DNA of 64,000 nucleotides from Candidatus Sumerlaeota bacterium (GTDB lineage: Bacteria > Sumerlaeota > Sumerlaeia > MWCT01 > JAUWMI01), in NCBI GenBank assembly GCA_030613245.1, contig JAUWMI010000003.1:1062-65061 (forward strand), written 5' to 3'. A model generated the notes under the pieces. It saw only the letters and a list, made by a program, of their open reading frames with translations. It was not told the DNA's origin and made no database searches. A program made the position numbers and the translations under genes. Shown piece by piece: positions 47,149 to 56,209 of the stretch. How positions within the stretch are numbered: position 1 is the first letter of the stretch; every line of letters starts with the position of its first letter.

Positions 47149-49134
47149 TTGAAGCACTGTAAGCGTCTCGGTGTCACAATATTCTGTTGGGTGCATTTGA
47201 TTTATTCCCTGAGGATCATTGTATTGACAAGGCATACACGACCAAACCTTGGCATCACACTGACCCTGCTGCTCGGTCTGGCATGGGTGTTCGGGTATGT
47301 ATTTGTTCATGCAGCGGATGAAATCCACCTTAATGACGGCCGAATTGTAGTTGGTTCTATCATTGAAACAACAGATTCCTACGTTCTGGTCCGAACGACC
47401 CAGAGCGAGTTTCGCATTGATAAGTCTCGGATTGTGAAGATTATACAGCAGCGTGACACGAGCAAAGAAGAGATCGAGGGGGATATGGCTTTGGAGGCGG
47501 GCCAGCTGGAGAAAGCATTGAATTTCTATCGTGCAGCACTGGCTCTGAAACAAAACGAAGAGGAGCTGGACCGTAAGATTCGGAACGTGCAGAAGCTCAT
47601 AAAGGACCGCGAAGAGCAGTATTTCGGCGAGTCGCTCAAGCAGATTGACGAGCTGATCCAAGAGGGGAGCTTGGACGCAGCAGAAGCAATGTTGCTCGAG
47701 ATTCTCAAGCCGGTGCCAGAAGGCCCGACCCGCGAGCGTCTTGAGGTCAGGCGTGCCAATATTCATTACCAAAAAGCCTTGGATTATCTCAATCGAGTGG
47801 ACTATCTGAAGGCGGAAGATGAACTTCGGCGCTCCATCGCGGTTCAGGAAGAATTTTATCCTGCTCACCTAAAGCTGGCCGAGCTCTTTTCCAAGCTTGC
47901 GCCCACTAAGCGCGTTGCCATCCAGGAATATCTGAAAGGCATGAAATATGGGGCAGACTCACTCTCCGAGGAAGAAATGTGCGAGTACAACTTTTCCGTG
48001 GCGTCGTTGTATTACGAACTCGCGGATTACCTTCCCGCGATCAAGCACTTTCGGATTGTGGCTGACATGGGGATTATGAAAACCTTGCAATGCAAGATGC
48101 GCATAGCCGAGGGGTACTATAGGCTGGCTGATGCTGCTGAGCAAAATGGTAATGTGTCACAGGCCGTAGCATATCTTCACCAGGCTGTCGAGGTGCTGCC
48201 AAGTTTCAAAGAGAGCTGGTTTAAGTTGGGCTATCTCTATCTTAAGCAGAACAAGTGCAAGGAAGCCATTGATTATCTTGAGGAGGCCTTACGCATTGAC
48301 AATTGGATTCCCGATGCGCACTATTACCTGGCCATGTGTTATCATGAGCAGAAGAACCAAGAGCGGGCGCTACGCGAGCTGGATAATGAGGTTCTCTACA
48401 ATCCAGCTAATTATAATGCGCTGTGTATGAGAGGGGAGATTTATTTTGCTGGTGGGAAATATGAAGAGGCGACCGAGGATTTTAAAAAGGCACGCGATAT
48501 CAATGATCAGAAGTTTCGAGCCTACTTTGGCCTGGGCAAGGCGTATCTGAGGCTCAAGGACCTGGCGAGGGCTGAGGAAAATTTGAGACGGGTGCTGGAC
48601 ATCGAACCCAGGCATCCCGAAGCGATTCTGCTGATGGGAACGATTTATCGAGAATGGAAGCGCTATGAAGAGGCGCGGGAGCTGTTTGAGAAGGTTATCG
48701 AAACCCTGAAGCGCTACGAGTTATCGCTATCTGAAGAAAATAAGGCTATACTTACTACAGCGCTGAACGAACGTGGGGGCATTGAGTTGATCATGGAACG
48801 CCCACGCACGGCAATTGACGACTTTGAAGAGGCGCTCAACTATAATCCTCGCCGTGCGGAGACCTATTCTAACCTGGGCCAAGCCTACAGACAGCTTGGC
48901 AGGATTCCGCAGGCGGAGAGTCACTATATTCGCGCGATTGAGCTAGACCCTAAGAATCCTGACTATTATCTTGGGCTTGGGATTATCTATCATAATTACC
49001 TGAAGAGATTAGACAAAGCCGTTGAGTATTACACCAAGTACATCTTATTTAACGGGCCAGACGCGCTCACGGTCAACAAGTGGATCGAAGAGTGCGGAGG
49101 GAAACCGGTCGATCTCACAACAGTAAAACAGTGA
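47149..49134 (+). CDS. TPR-repeat protein with an N-terminal signal/anchor.
   Basis: 661 aa. Hydrophobic 'ITLTLLLGLAWVFGYVFVHAA', then multiple TPR units ('AIDYLEEALRIDNWIPDAHYYLAMCY', 'YFGLGKAYLRLKD...'). The true start may be downstream of 47149. Confidence 0.55.
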   Translation: MKHCKRLGVTIFCWVHLIYSLRIIVLTRHTRPNLGITLTLLLGLAWVFGYVFVHAADEIHLNDGRIVVGSIIETTDSYVLVRTTQSEFRIDKSRIVKIIQQRDTSKEEIEGDMALEAGQLEKALNFYRAALALKQNEEELDRKIRNVQKLIKDREEQYFGESLKQIDELIQEGSLDAAEAMLLEILKPVPEGPTRERLEVRRANIHYQKALDYLNRVDYLKAEDELRRSIAVQEEFYPAHLKLAELFSKLAPTKRVAIQEYLKGMKYGADSLSEEEMCEYNFSVASLYYELADYLPAIKHFRIVADMGIMKTLQCKMRIAEGYYRLADAAEQNGNVSQAVAYLHQAVEVLPSFKESWFKLGYLYLKQNKCKEAIDYLEEALRIDNWIPDAHYYLAMCYHEQKNQERALRELDNEVLYNPANYNALCMRGEIYFAGGKYEEATEDFKKARDINDQKFRAYFGLGKAYLRLKDLARAEENLRRVLDIEPRHPEAILLMGTIYREWKRYEEARELFEKVIETLKRYELSLSEENKAILTTALNERGGIELIMERPRTAIDDFEEALNYNPRRAETYSNLGQAYRQLGRIPQAESHYIRAIELDPKNPDYYLGLGIIYHNYLKRLDKAVEYYTKYILFNGPDALTVNKWIEECGGKPVDLTTVKQ

Positions 49135-49244
49135 GCGGTCTACTTGGCGCGAAACGTCGCCCTCGCCTAGGCGAGTGCAAAACGCTTCGGGGCGTCTCGC
49201 CCAGCCACTTTGATGCGACAGCTAACACTTCACTTTTCAGCCCA

Positions 49245-50165
49245 ATGATCTGCTTGACGAGGCCCTTGGCAATTCTGATACTCCTTGCGCTTCTCGCCCT
49301 CTCGAGCGCAAGTCTCCGATGTGCCGCCCACCGGCGGGAACTTCCCGTGTATCCTTATGAAAATCTCTTGAGCATTCTGGCAGATTTTCAGTGGCATCTT
49401 GAGGACGACATCTACCGCTTTCCATATCCTCGGGATGCGGCTGGCAACAATATCTTCAAGATTACCATTGTCCGGCTGGCGAACTACCAGGAGCTTTATC
49501 CCGGCAGATTTTACGATATCGTGGCATTTGCCCGTGCCCAGGCCTATGAACGCCTGGGGGATTATCAACAGGCGATTGCTAATTACCAGCAGGTGCTGGG
49601 CAGTAACACAGAATTGAAACCATTGGCGCAAGAGAAGATGGCTATAGCCGAGGAATTTAATGAGACTATCAACCAGCCGCTGGAGCAGAGGACATTGCAG
49701 GGGTATATGGATGCCCTCAAGGATAAGATTGCACAGTTGGATCAGCTCATTACGCTCTACGAGGAAACACCGTATGAGGCGCTGGCAGAGGTGGAGAAAG
49801 AAAACGCTGAGGTTGAATATGCTGTTTTGCTGATAGAGAATCGCATGGTAATAAGAGATGGGGTTGAAAAGGCCGTCATCCAAATCCAGAAGCTGATCCA
49901 GGACAACGGCGAGAGCAAGAGAATTTATGCACATCGCGTACTGCTGGCGGATTTCTATTTTGCCCTGGCAAAGGAGTATGTTCTGCTGAACGATCCGGAA
50001 CAGGCTGCTTTCAAAATAAAGGAGTTCGAGGCTCTTGTGTCGGCCGCGCGAGCTCAGTACTACCAAGTTGAGCAGGCCGATGGGTACGAAGAGAAGCTTG
50101 AGGCCAGGGCCAAGTTGGAGGCGCTCAGGGAGTTTGCAAACACGATTGCCGCGCGGGCCAGGTAA
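49245..50165 (+). CDS. Hypothetical secreted alpha-helical protein.
   Basis: Start trimmed to the ATG at 49245 (signal peptide 'MICLTRPLAILILLALLALSSASL'). The rest is helical and TPR-like. The longer ORF from 49080 overlaps the upstream gene. Confidence 0.4.
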   Translation: MICLTRPLAILILLALLALSSASLRCAAHRRELPVYPYENLLSILADFQWHLEDDIYRFPYPRDAAGNNIFKITIVRLANYQELYPGRFYDIVAFARAQAYERLGDYQQAIANYQQVLGSNTELKPLAQEKMAIAEEFNETINQPLEQRTLQGYMDALKDKIAQLDQLITLYEETPYEALAEVEKENAEVEYAVLLIENRMVIRDGVEKAVIQIQKLIQDNGESKRIYAHRVLLADFYFALAKEYVLLNDPEQAAFKIKEFEALVSAARAQYYQVEQADGYEEKLEARAKLEALREFANTIAARAR

Positions 50166-50877
50166 TTGACGATCAGGCTCACCAGTAGCGCCTGAGGATG
50201 AGCGTCCTTTGGCAAGCTGATGGATTGCCTCGTCTGCTCGGCAGAGCCCCGGCATTCCTGCTTAGATTGGTCGGTGGAGGGCACCTAGAAAGCCCGGTAT
50301 TTGAGTCGCGTGGCACTTGCAAAAGTCAGAACATAATTGTGCTCCTCTCAGTGCCTGTAGCTGGAATCTGGCTTCATAGTCCAGACGAGAAATGTGGTCC
50401 GGGATTAGAAAAGATAGTTATTGGTTATTGTGTTCAACAATGCCCTGCGCAGTCATGACCATTTGCAGGTACGCTATGCCGAGGCTTTGCGCGTCATTTG
50501 CTCCCATGTGGCTATTAGTCTTTGGATGGTACAATGATTGGCGCTGAAAGTGCTATATATTTGAAAACATTGAAAATAGAGCTGATTCTTCACCACTCTG
50601 AAAGGTGCATAAACACTGTTGAGCATAGGCATATTCCGGATAGGCCGCTGGTTAGAATATTTCGTGTGGTGAGACGATTTTTCTTGATTTTCCTGACTCA
50701 AAGGGCTAATCGATATAACTTGTTCTGTAGAAGTGGTGATAGGATTTAGGGCAGGCTAGCTGGCAGGGCGGAATAAATCGCGAAAGGAATGAATTTTTAT
50801 ATTGACACGGGGAGAAATATGTTTTTAGAATATGCCAATATCAAGTGAGGAAATTTAAAAAAGGGAGGTGACATTTA

Positions 50878-51498
50878 ATGAGGCCTAAAAAAGGGTTTAC
50901 TTTGATCGAATTGTTGATCGTTGTAGCTATTATTGCCATTTTGGCCGCCATTGCTATTCCGAATTTTCTCGAGGCGCAGATTCGGTCAAAGGTCTCAAAA
51001 GCAAAGGCTGATATGAGAACGGCCACCACTGGGCTGGAGTCTTATTTTGTTGATCACAATAAATACCCTAACGATGTGGAAGCTGGGTGGCCCTGGTATT
51101 TTACCGTGCAATTAACGACCCCGATCTCATATCTGACCAGCACTAATCTACTCGATCCATTTCGGGACACTCATGTTCGAACCGGCCATGTGTACTGGAG
51201 ACGCTACCGTTACATTAACTACCCGGCGAATCTGGACAATTGGGGCGGTCTCGGGCCGAGTTGGATTGGATGGAGGCCGTCGGTTACTGAGTCGGAGTGC
51301 CTGGCGGGCATGCGCAAATACGGCATGTGGAAATTGTCGTCTGCGGGACCGGATCGGTTCATTAGCTACGACTCGGAGCATGGCTTCTTCACCAACGAAA
51401 TGGTCTACGATCCGACCAATGGAACGGTTTCAGTTGGAGACATTATCAGGTCGCAAAAGGATCCGGATGTCAGGAGCCAAGAGTATATTGATCCGTAG
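50878..51498 (+). CDS. Prepilin-type N-terminal cleavage/methylation domain protein, GspG-like pseudopilin paralog.
   Basis: 'MRPKKGFTLIELLIVVAIIAILAAIAIPNF' canonical class-III signal with a strong RBS (AAGGGAGGTG). The C-terminus has 'AGPDRFISYD...YDPTNGTVSVGDIIRSQKD'. Confidence 0.85.
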   Translation: MRPKKGFTLIELLIVVAIIAILAAIAIPNFLEAQIRSKVSKAKADMRTATTGLESYFVDHNKYPNDVEAGWPWYFTVQLTTPISYLTSTNLLDPFRDTHVRTGHVYWRRYRYINYPANLDNWGGLGPSWIGWRPSVTESECLAGMRKYGMWKLSSAGPDRFISYDSEHGFFTNEMVYDPTNGTVSVGDIIRSQKDPDVRSQEYIDP

Positions 51499-51559
51499 TG
51501 CATGACGGGCCGAATTGGTCACCGTTCACATAGTCGGCTGACGAGATTTCAAAGTTTAA

Positions 51560-51596
51560 TTAGCGTTGGGATTTCATCCCAACGCTAATTTTTTTT
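51560..51596 (+). terminator. Rho-independent terminator.
   Basis: TTAGCGTTGGGA-tttc-ATCCCAACGCTAA followed by T8. Confidence 0.75.
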
Positions 51597-51867
51597 GTCA
51601 CTATGGGGCGCGTCTTGGTAAGCACGAGAAGGACGTTGAATCTGCTTTTCGATATGGGCTGCTTGCTTACAGCGGGAGACAGCCCAGGATTTGTGTGACA
51701 ACGATAGGGAAGGGCGGACGCCAGCTGGGGGAATTGGAGTTGATCGGTTTAAAAATACGTTTTCTGATGTTACACAATAAGATCGCGCGGAGCAAGGACG
51801 TCACGGCGTGCTGCAGCGAAATGCACGAAAAGGTGCCGCGCGCACCACACCTGGCGAGCCGAAGGGA

Positions 51868-52176
51868 TCACACAGGTAGCTTTGCTTTGTTCTGAGGCAG
51901 CATCATCAAGTCCACGTTACGATCCGCACGAAGCCCCGATTGTCTGCCTCCGCCCACTGGCAATAAGATCTTTATTCGGGCATCTTCATGCAAAATTGTG
52001 TCTGGCGTTGCAGATGCCTCATTCACGAAGATGCTTAGGTGGCGTTGCTCGGACGCTGAGAAAGCAAGACGGTCAAGTACATCTCTCACCGTGCATCCCT
52101 GCGGCACGTCCAGTGATTGGGACGGTGTGTGATGGGCACGGCGTAAAGCGCCAAACAGTTCAACTCTTACCTGCAT
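51868..52176 (-). CDS. MoaD/ThiS-family sulfur-carrier-like protein with a 25-aa extension after the Gly-Gly.
   Basis: Residues 1-77 fit the MoaD beta-grasp pattern and end in '...ILLPVGGG'. The ORF then continues with 'RQSGLRADRNVDLMMLPQNKAKLPV' before the stop. It lies immediately downstream of the molybdo-oxidoreductase operon. Confidence 0.55.
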   Translation of the reverse strand: MQVRVELFGALRRAHHTPSQSLDVPQGCTVRDVLDRLAFSASEQRHLSIFVNEASATPDTILHEDARIKILLPVGGGRQSGLRADRNVDLMMLPQNKAKLPV

Positions 52177-52266
52177 GTGTTCTTTCTTCCTTCATTTGAC
52201 TAATGGCCGCGCGTTTCCTCTGTATCTGGTCTGCGCTGTGATAGTGGGGTAGAGAGTTTTGAATCC

Positions 52267-54609
52267 CTAAAGTTTCTTCTGGCGCCCTTGGTTGCGCAGC
52301 GCGTCCAGGACGTGCTGAGGAGTAAATGGAGCGTGACGGAGCCGAATGCCCACCGCGTGGTAGACCGCATTAGAGATTGCAGGAAGCGGGCCGTTTATTG
52401 AGATCTCGGCAATGCTTTTTGCGCCAAAGGGGCCTGTTGGCTCGTGTGTCGGCACGAGTATGGCCTTTATGGGCGGTACGTCGCGTGCTGAGAAGATGCT
52501 GTAGTAGTTGAAATTGGGATTCAGCATGCGTCCCCGGGCGTCAAAGTGGAACTCCTCGATCAGGGCGAAGCTGATGCCATTGACAATAGCACCCTCGGTC
52601 TGGCCTTCAGCCAGTGCGGGATTGATGGCGGTTCCACAGTCGACTGCTGCGACGTACTCGAGCACACGGATTTCTCCTGTTTCAGTATCAACTTCGACTT
52701 CAGCGAAATGAGCGGCGAAGGGTGGCGGAGAGATATGGGTATGCTGCGAGGCAGTTGCACTGATGTGGAATTGGTTTTTCTGATACAGCGAATAATGGGC
52801 AACGTCCGCGAGCGAGACCCTGCGTGTGGTAGTCTTCTGGTGCATAACTGTGCCTTTGCGGAGCATCAGCATAGATGGCTCGGTGTTGAGCATTTCAGAG
52901 GCGACCCGAAGGATTTGTTGGCGGACCTGTTCAGCGGCGTGTTTCACTGCGTTTCCTGAGAGGTAGGTGGTGCTGGACGCATAGGCGCCGACATCGAACG
53001 GCGTGAAGTCGGTGTCCGAGGAATGCACGACGATCTGATCGGTTGTGACGCTGAGGATTTCAGCAGCGATTTGCGCCAACACCGTGTCGCTGCCTGTGCC
53101 CAGGTCCGTAGCGCCGGCGAGTAGAATGAAGGAGCCGTCGTCGTTCATGGTGATTGTTGCGGCGGCCATGTCAATCTCCGGAATTGCAGAGCCTTGCATA
53201 AGGCAGACCATGCCGACGCCGCGCCTGCGCACGCCTTTGTCGCGGCGGCGCCGCTTTGTATGCCAGGAAATAGCACGCGCACCCTGATCAATGCACGCAT
53301 CAAGGCCGCACGTGTTGAGTTTCATCTCAACGCCCTTTTTCCCTTCACCCAGAGCCTGGAACACTGGAGATCCCTCGCCTGCACGAATGTGGTTTCGTTT
53401 ATGAAACGTCGGGGGATCCATGCCAATGGCATGAGCCATTTCATCCATCTGTACACCCATGGCAAAGAAGGCCTGGGTGGCGCCATAGCCGCGGTAGGCG
53501 CCGCCGATGGGTAGGTTTGTGTATGCGGTATTGCCTTCAAAGCGTACGTTCGGGCAGCGATAGAGCGGCAGGGTTTTGCTGCCCGAGTTGCAGACAACCG
53601 TGAGTGCATGCGGTCCGTACGCACCGGCGTTCATGAGAATACTGAGATCAAGTGCGGTGAGCGAGCCGTCCTTTTTTACACCTGACTTCAGGCGAATATG
53701 CTGGGGATGACGGGTGCGTGTACACATAAATTCTTCTTCGCGCGTGAGTTGCAGTTTCACGGGTCGCCGGGTGAGCAGTGTCAGGGCTCCGCTAATTGCC
53801 TCAAGTATTATTTCCTGCTTGCCACCAAACGCACCACCAATGCGGGGTTTCACTACGCGGATGCGGCTGACTGGTTGCTGAAGCACACGCGCAACAATGC
53901 GCCGGACGTGAAACGGCACCTGCGTGCTGGTGCGAATGACCAGCCGGTTCTGTTCGTCCAAATAGGTGATAACAATGTGTGTTTCGAGTGCCGCATGGGC
54001 GCCATAGTGGGTGCTGTACTGATTGTCAAGCAGGACATCTGCTTGGTGAAAACCGGCTTCGACGTCGCCAATTTCCATATCAACGTGCGCAGCAAGATTG
54101 CGCTGCGGCTCGTAGATGACAGGTAGGGGAGCATACGCATCCGGCTCGTCATGAATAATCGGTGCATCTTTCTGAAGCGCCTGGTGTGGGTCGAACACCG
54201 GGTCGAGTATCTCGTAATCAACCTGAATAAGCTGGAGTGCCTGGTTTGCGATTTGCAGCGTGTCAGCTGCCACGGCAGCCACTGCATCGCCAACATAGCG
54301 AACTTTTCGGTCGAACAGAAAAGTATCGTAGGGCGACGGCTCTGGATGTCCCTGCCCCGCAGTGGTATGAGCTACACGGGGCACATTTTTGTAGGTTAAA
54401 ATTCCATGTACACCCGGCAAGCGCGCGGCCTCAGACGTATCAATCTTGCGAATCCGGGCATGGGCATGAGGACTGCGGAGCATCCTGGCATGGAGCATGC
54501 TGCGCAGCTCAAAGTCGTCAGTGAATTGTGCGCTGCCAGTAGCCAGACTCACGCCATCTACTTTCGGGACGCTTATGCCGACAATGTTGAATGTGCGTTT
54601 CTGTGGCAT
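52267..54609 (-). CDS. Xanthine dehydrogenase/aldehyde oxidoreductase family molybdopterin-binding large subunit (CoxL/XdhA-like).
   Basis: 780 aa. 'IGGAFGGKQE' Mo-cofactor domain signature and the a/b-hammerhead N-terminus 'VPKVDGVSLATGSAQFTDD'. Confidence 0.85.
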   Translation of the reverse strand: MPQKRTFNIVGISVPKVDGVSLATGSAQFTDDFELRSMLHARMLRSPHAHARIRKIDTSEAARLPGVHGILTYKNVPRVAHTTAGQGHPEPSPYDTFLFDRKVRYVGDAVAAVAADTLQIANQALQLIQVDYEILDPVFDPHQALQKDAPIIHDEPDAYAPLPVIYEPQRNLAAHVDMEIGDVEAGFHQADVLLDNQYSTHYGAHAALETHIVITYLDEQNRLVIRTSTQVPFHVRRIVARVLQQPVSRIRVVKPRIGGAFGGKQEIILEAISGALTLLTRRPVKLQLTREEEFMCTRTRHPQHIRLKSGVKKDGSLTALDLSILMNAGAYGPHALTVVCNSGSKTLPLYRCPNVRFEGNTAYTNLPIGGAYRGYGATQAFFAMGVQMDEMAHAIGMDPPTFHKRNHIRAGEGSPVFQALGEGKKGVEMKLNTCGLDACIDQGARAISWHTKRRRRDKGVRRRGVGMVCLMQGSAIPEIDMAAATITMNDDGSFILLAGATDLGTGSDTVLAQIAAEILSVTTDQIVVHSSDTDFTPFDVGAYASSTTYLSGNAVKHAAEQVRQQILRVASEMLNTEPSMLMLRKGTVMHQKTTTRRVSLADVAHYSLYQKNQFHISATASQHTHISPPPFAAHFAEVEVDTETGEIRVLEYVAAVDCGTAINPALAEGQTEGAIVNGISFALIEEFHFDARGRMLNPNFNYYSIFSARDVPPIKAILVPTHEPTGPFGAKSIAEISINGPLPAISNAVYHAVGIRLRHAPFTPQHVLDALRNQGRQKKL

Positions 54610-54614
54610 GAAAT

Positions 54615-55076
54615 CTATCTCTTTAAGATCCTGCTGGCAGCCAAAACTGCCTGCACTTGCTTAACGTAGCCTGTGCAACGGCACAGATTTCCATCAAGGG
54701 CCTCGCGGACTTGTGCTTCGCTTGGATGAGGAATTTCGTCAAGCAAGGCTTTTGCCGACAGCATGGCGCCAGGCGTGCAGTATCCGCACTGAATAGCGCC
54801 AGCGTCAACGAAGGTACGCTGCAGGGGATGGGGCGCGTCGGGCGTGCCAAGGCCTTCAATGGTTGTTATCTGCTGGCCGGCGGCTCGTACGGCCAGAATC
54901 AGGCAGGAATTAACTGCCTTCCCGTTGAGCAGAATCACGCATGCCCCGCACGTGCCTTTGCGGCACCCTTCCTTCACGCCCTTATATCCTTCGCGGCGCA
55001 GAACGTCCAGGAGCACGTCATTTGGCTCGACACTAAGCACCTTTTTCTGGCCATTAATGGCTGTTGTGATTTTCAC
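54615..55076 (-). CDS. (2Fe-2S)-binding small subunit of the molybdo-oxidoreductase (CoxS-like).
   Basis: 'CRKGTCGACVILLNG' plant-type ferredoxin Cys cluster plus a second 'CGYCTPGAML...CRCTGY' cluster. The start is assigned to the GTG at 55076, which forms a GTGA overlap with the upstream gene's stop. The longer ATG-started ORF overlaps that gene by 97 nt. Confidence 0.8.
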   Translation of the reverse strand: MKITTAINGQKKVLSVEPNDVLLDVLRREGYKGVKEGCRKGTCGACVILLNGKAVNSCLILAVRAAGQQITTIEGLGTPDAPHPLQRTFVDAGAIQCGYCTPGAMLSAKALLDEIPHPSEAQVREALDGNLCRCTGYVKQVQAVLAASRILKR

Positions 55077-56014
55077 GCGGTGCCTCCTGATGATTTTCTC
55101 TTGCGAGATGCGGTCGGACGTCTCTTTCTCCCCCCGGAAACCGCCTGGGTCTGGGCGGCACGTGCCCATGCCTCCTGGATGGCCCGTTTTACCAGTACGC
55201 CAGCAACTTCTTTTCTGTACTCTGGATCAGCTCGCATATCCGCTACGGGTTTAACGATCTGTGCAGTCATGCTTTTCGCCTGTTCGAGGAGGCTCGGAGT
55301 AAGCGGCGCATTTTCGAGCAAATCTTCTACTTTTCGGAGACGAAACGGCAGGGCCGTAGCCGCGCCGATAACCAGGCGGACGTTGTGACACGCTCTGCCC
55401 CGGCGCTCGAGTACACAGGCCACGTTCAGCATGGCATAGCCCGTGTGTGTGCGTGCAAACTTGATAAACGCGCCTCCGCAGGAAGAGGAAGTTTTTGGCA
55501 CAACAACCTCGGTCACGAGCTCATGAAAGGCCAGATGCCTTTTTGGATGAGAACGGAAAAACGCTGCGGCACTGATGCTCCGACGACCGCTTTTTCCCTG
55601 AATCCGGATTGTCGCATCAAGGGCGAGGAGAGCGACTGGCAAACTGGACCAGAAGAAGAGCTGCACAATGTTGCCACCGACGGTGACAAGGTTACGGGTC
55701 GGAGTAGCTCCCACTGCATGGGCCGCCTGCTGGAGCACACCGCCAGCAACACGATCAACCGCGGCGTGCTTGCACAAATCTTTCATTACGGCTGTAGCGC
55801 CAATTCTTATTGACCGTTGGCTCTCCTTTATATACCTAAGCTTCAGGTCAGAAAGGTCGAGCAGGCCCGTGATCTTTCGACTGGTAGAGAGCGCGAGGCT
55901 TGTGCCACCGGCAAGAGGAACGCGGCGACCTTTACCTTTGGAGAGAAGAGTGATCGCCGTAGCCACTGACCTTGGCCTGAAGTATTCGGTGAGTTTTGGA
56001 AGTATCTGTTGCAT
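55073..56014 (-). CDS. FAD-binding subunit of the molybdo-oxidoreductase (CoxM-like).
   Basis: FAD-binding motif 'AITLLSKGKGRRVPLAGGTSLAL'. The start was trimmed to the ATG at 56014 (MQQILPKL), giving ~314 aa, which is typical for this subunit. The upstream 100 codons of the long ORF are Arg/Pro-rich low-complexity. Confidence 0.7.
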   Translation of the reverse strand: MQQILPKLTEYFRPRSVATAITLLSKGKGRRVPLAGGTSLALSTSRKITGLLDLSDLKLRYIKESQRSIRIGATAVMKDLCKHAAVDRVAGGVLQQAAHAVGATPTRNLVTVGGNIVQLFFWSSLPVALLALDATIRIQGKSGRRSISAAAFFRSHPKRHLAFHELVTEVVVPKTSSSCGGAFIKFARTHTGYAMLNVACVLERRGRACHNVRLVIGAATALPFRLRKVEDLLENAPLTPSLLEQAKSMTAQIVKPVADMRADPEYRKEVAGVLVKRAIQEAWARAAQTQAVSGGRKRRPTASRKRKSSGGTA

Positions 56015-56209
56015 TCTGTTCTTTGGCGGAATTCGTGTTAACTCAGTATACAAGGCAGAACAAAGGACGCGATGCTGCGCTCCGGCACTGCGTAGCATGC
56101 ATCTCTTGTAACGAGTTGAAATAATAGGGGAAGGGGTTTGGCGTAGTAAAGGATTTCTTTTTATTTTGAGAGGCAGGCGGATTGTTATTGAGCAAGGAGG
56201 AAGCAAGGT

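Noticed and set aside
46880-47150. Possible origin or DnaA-box cluster (ttatccgcc, tggtggatag).
   Set aside because: There is a single weak TTATCCACA-like match, with no clustering and no adjacent dnaA or dnaN.
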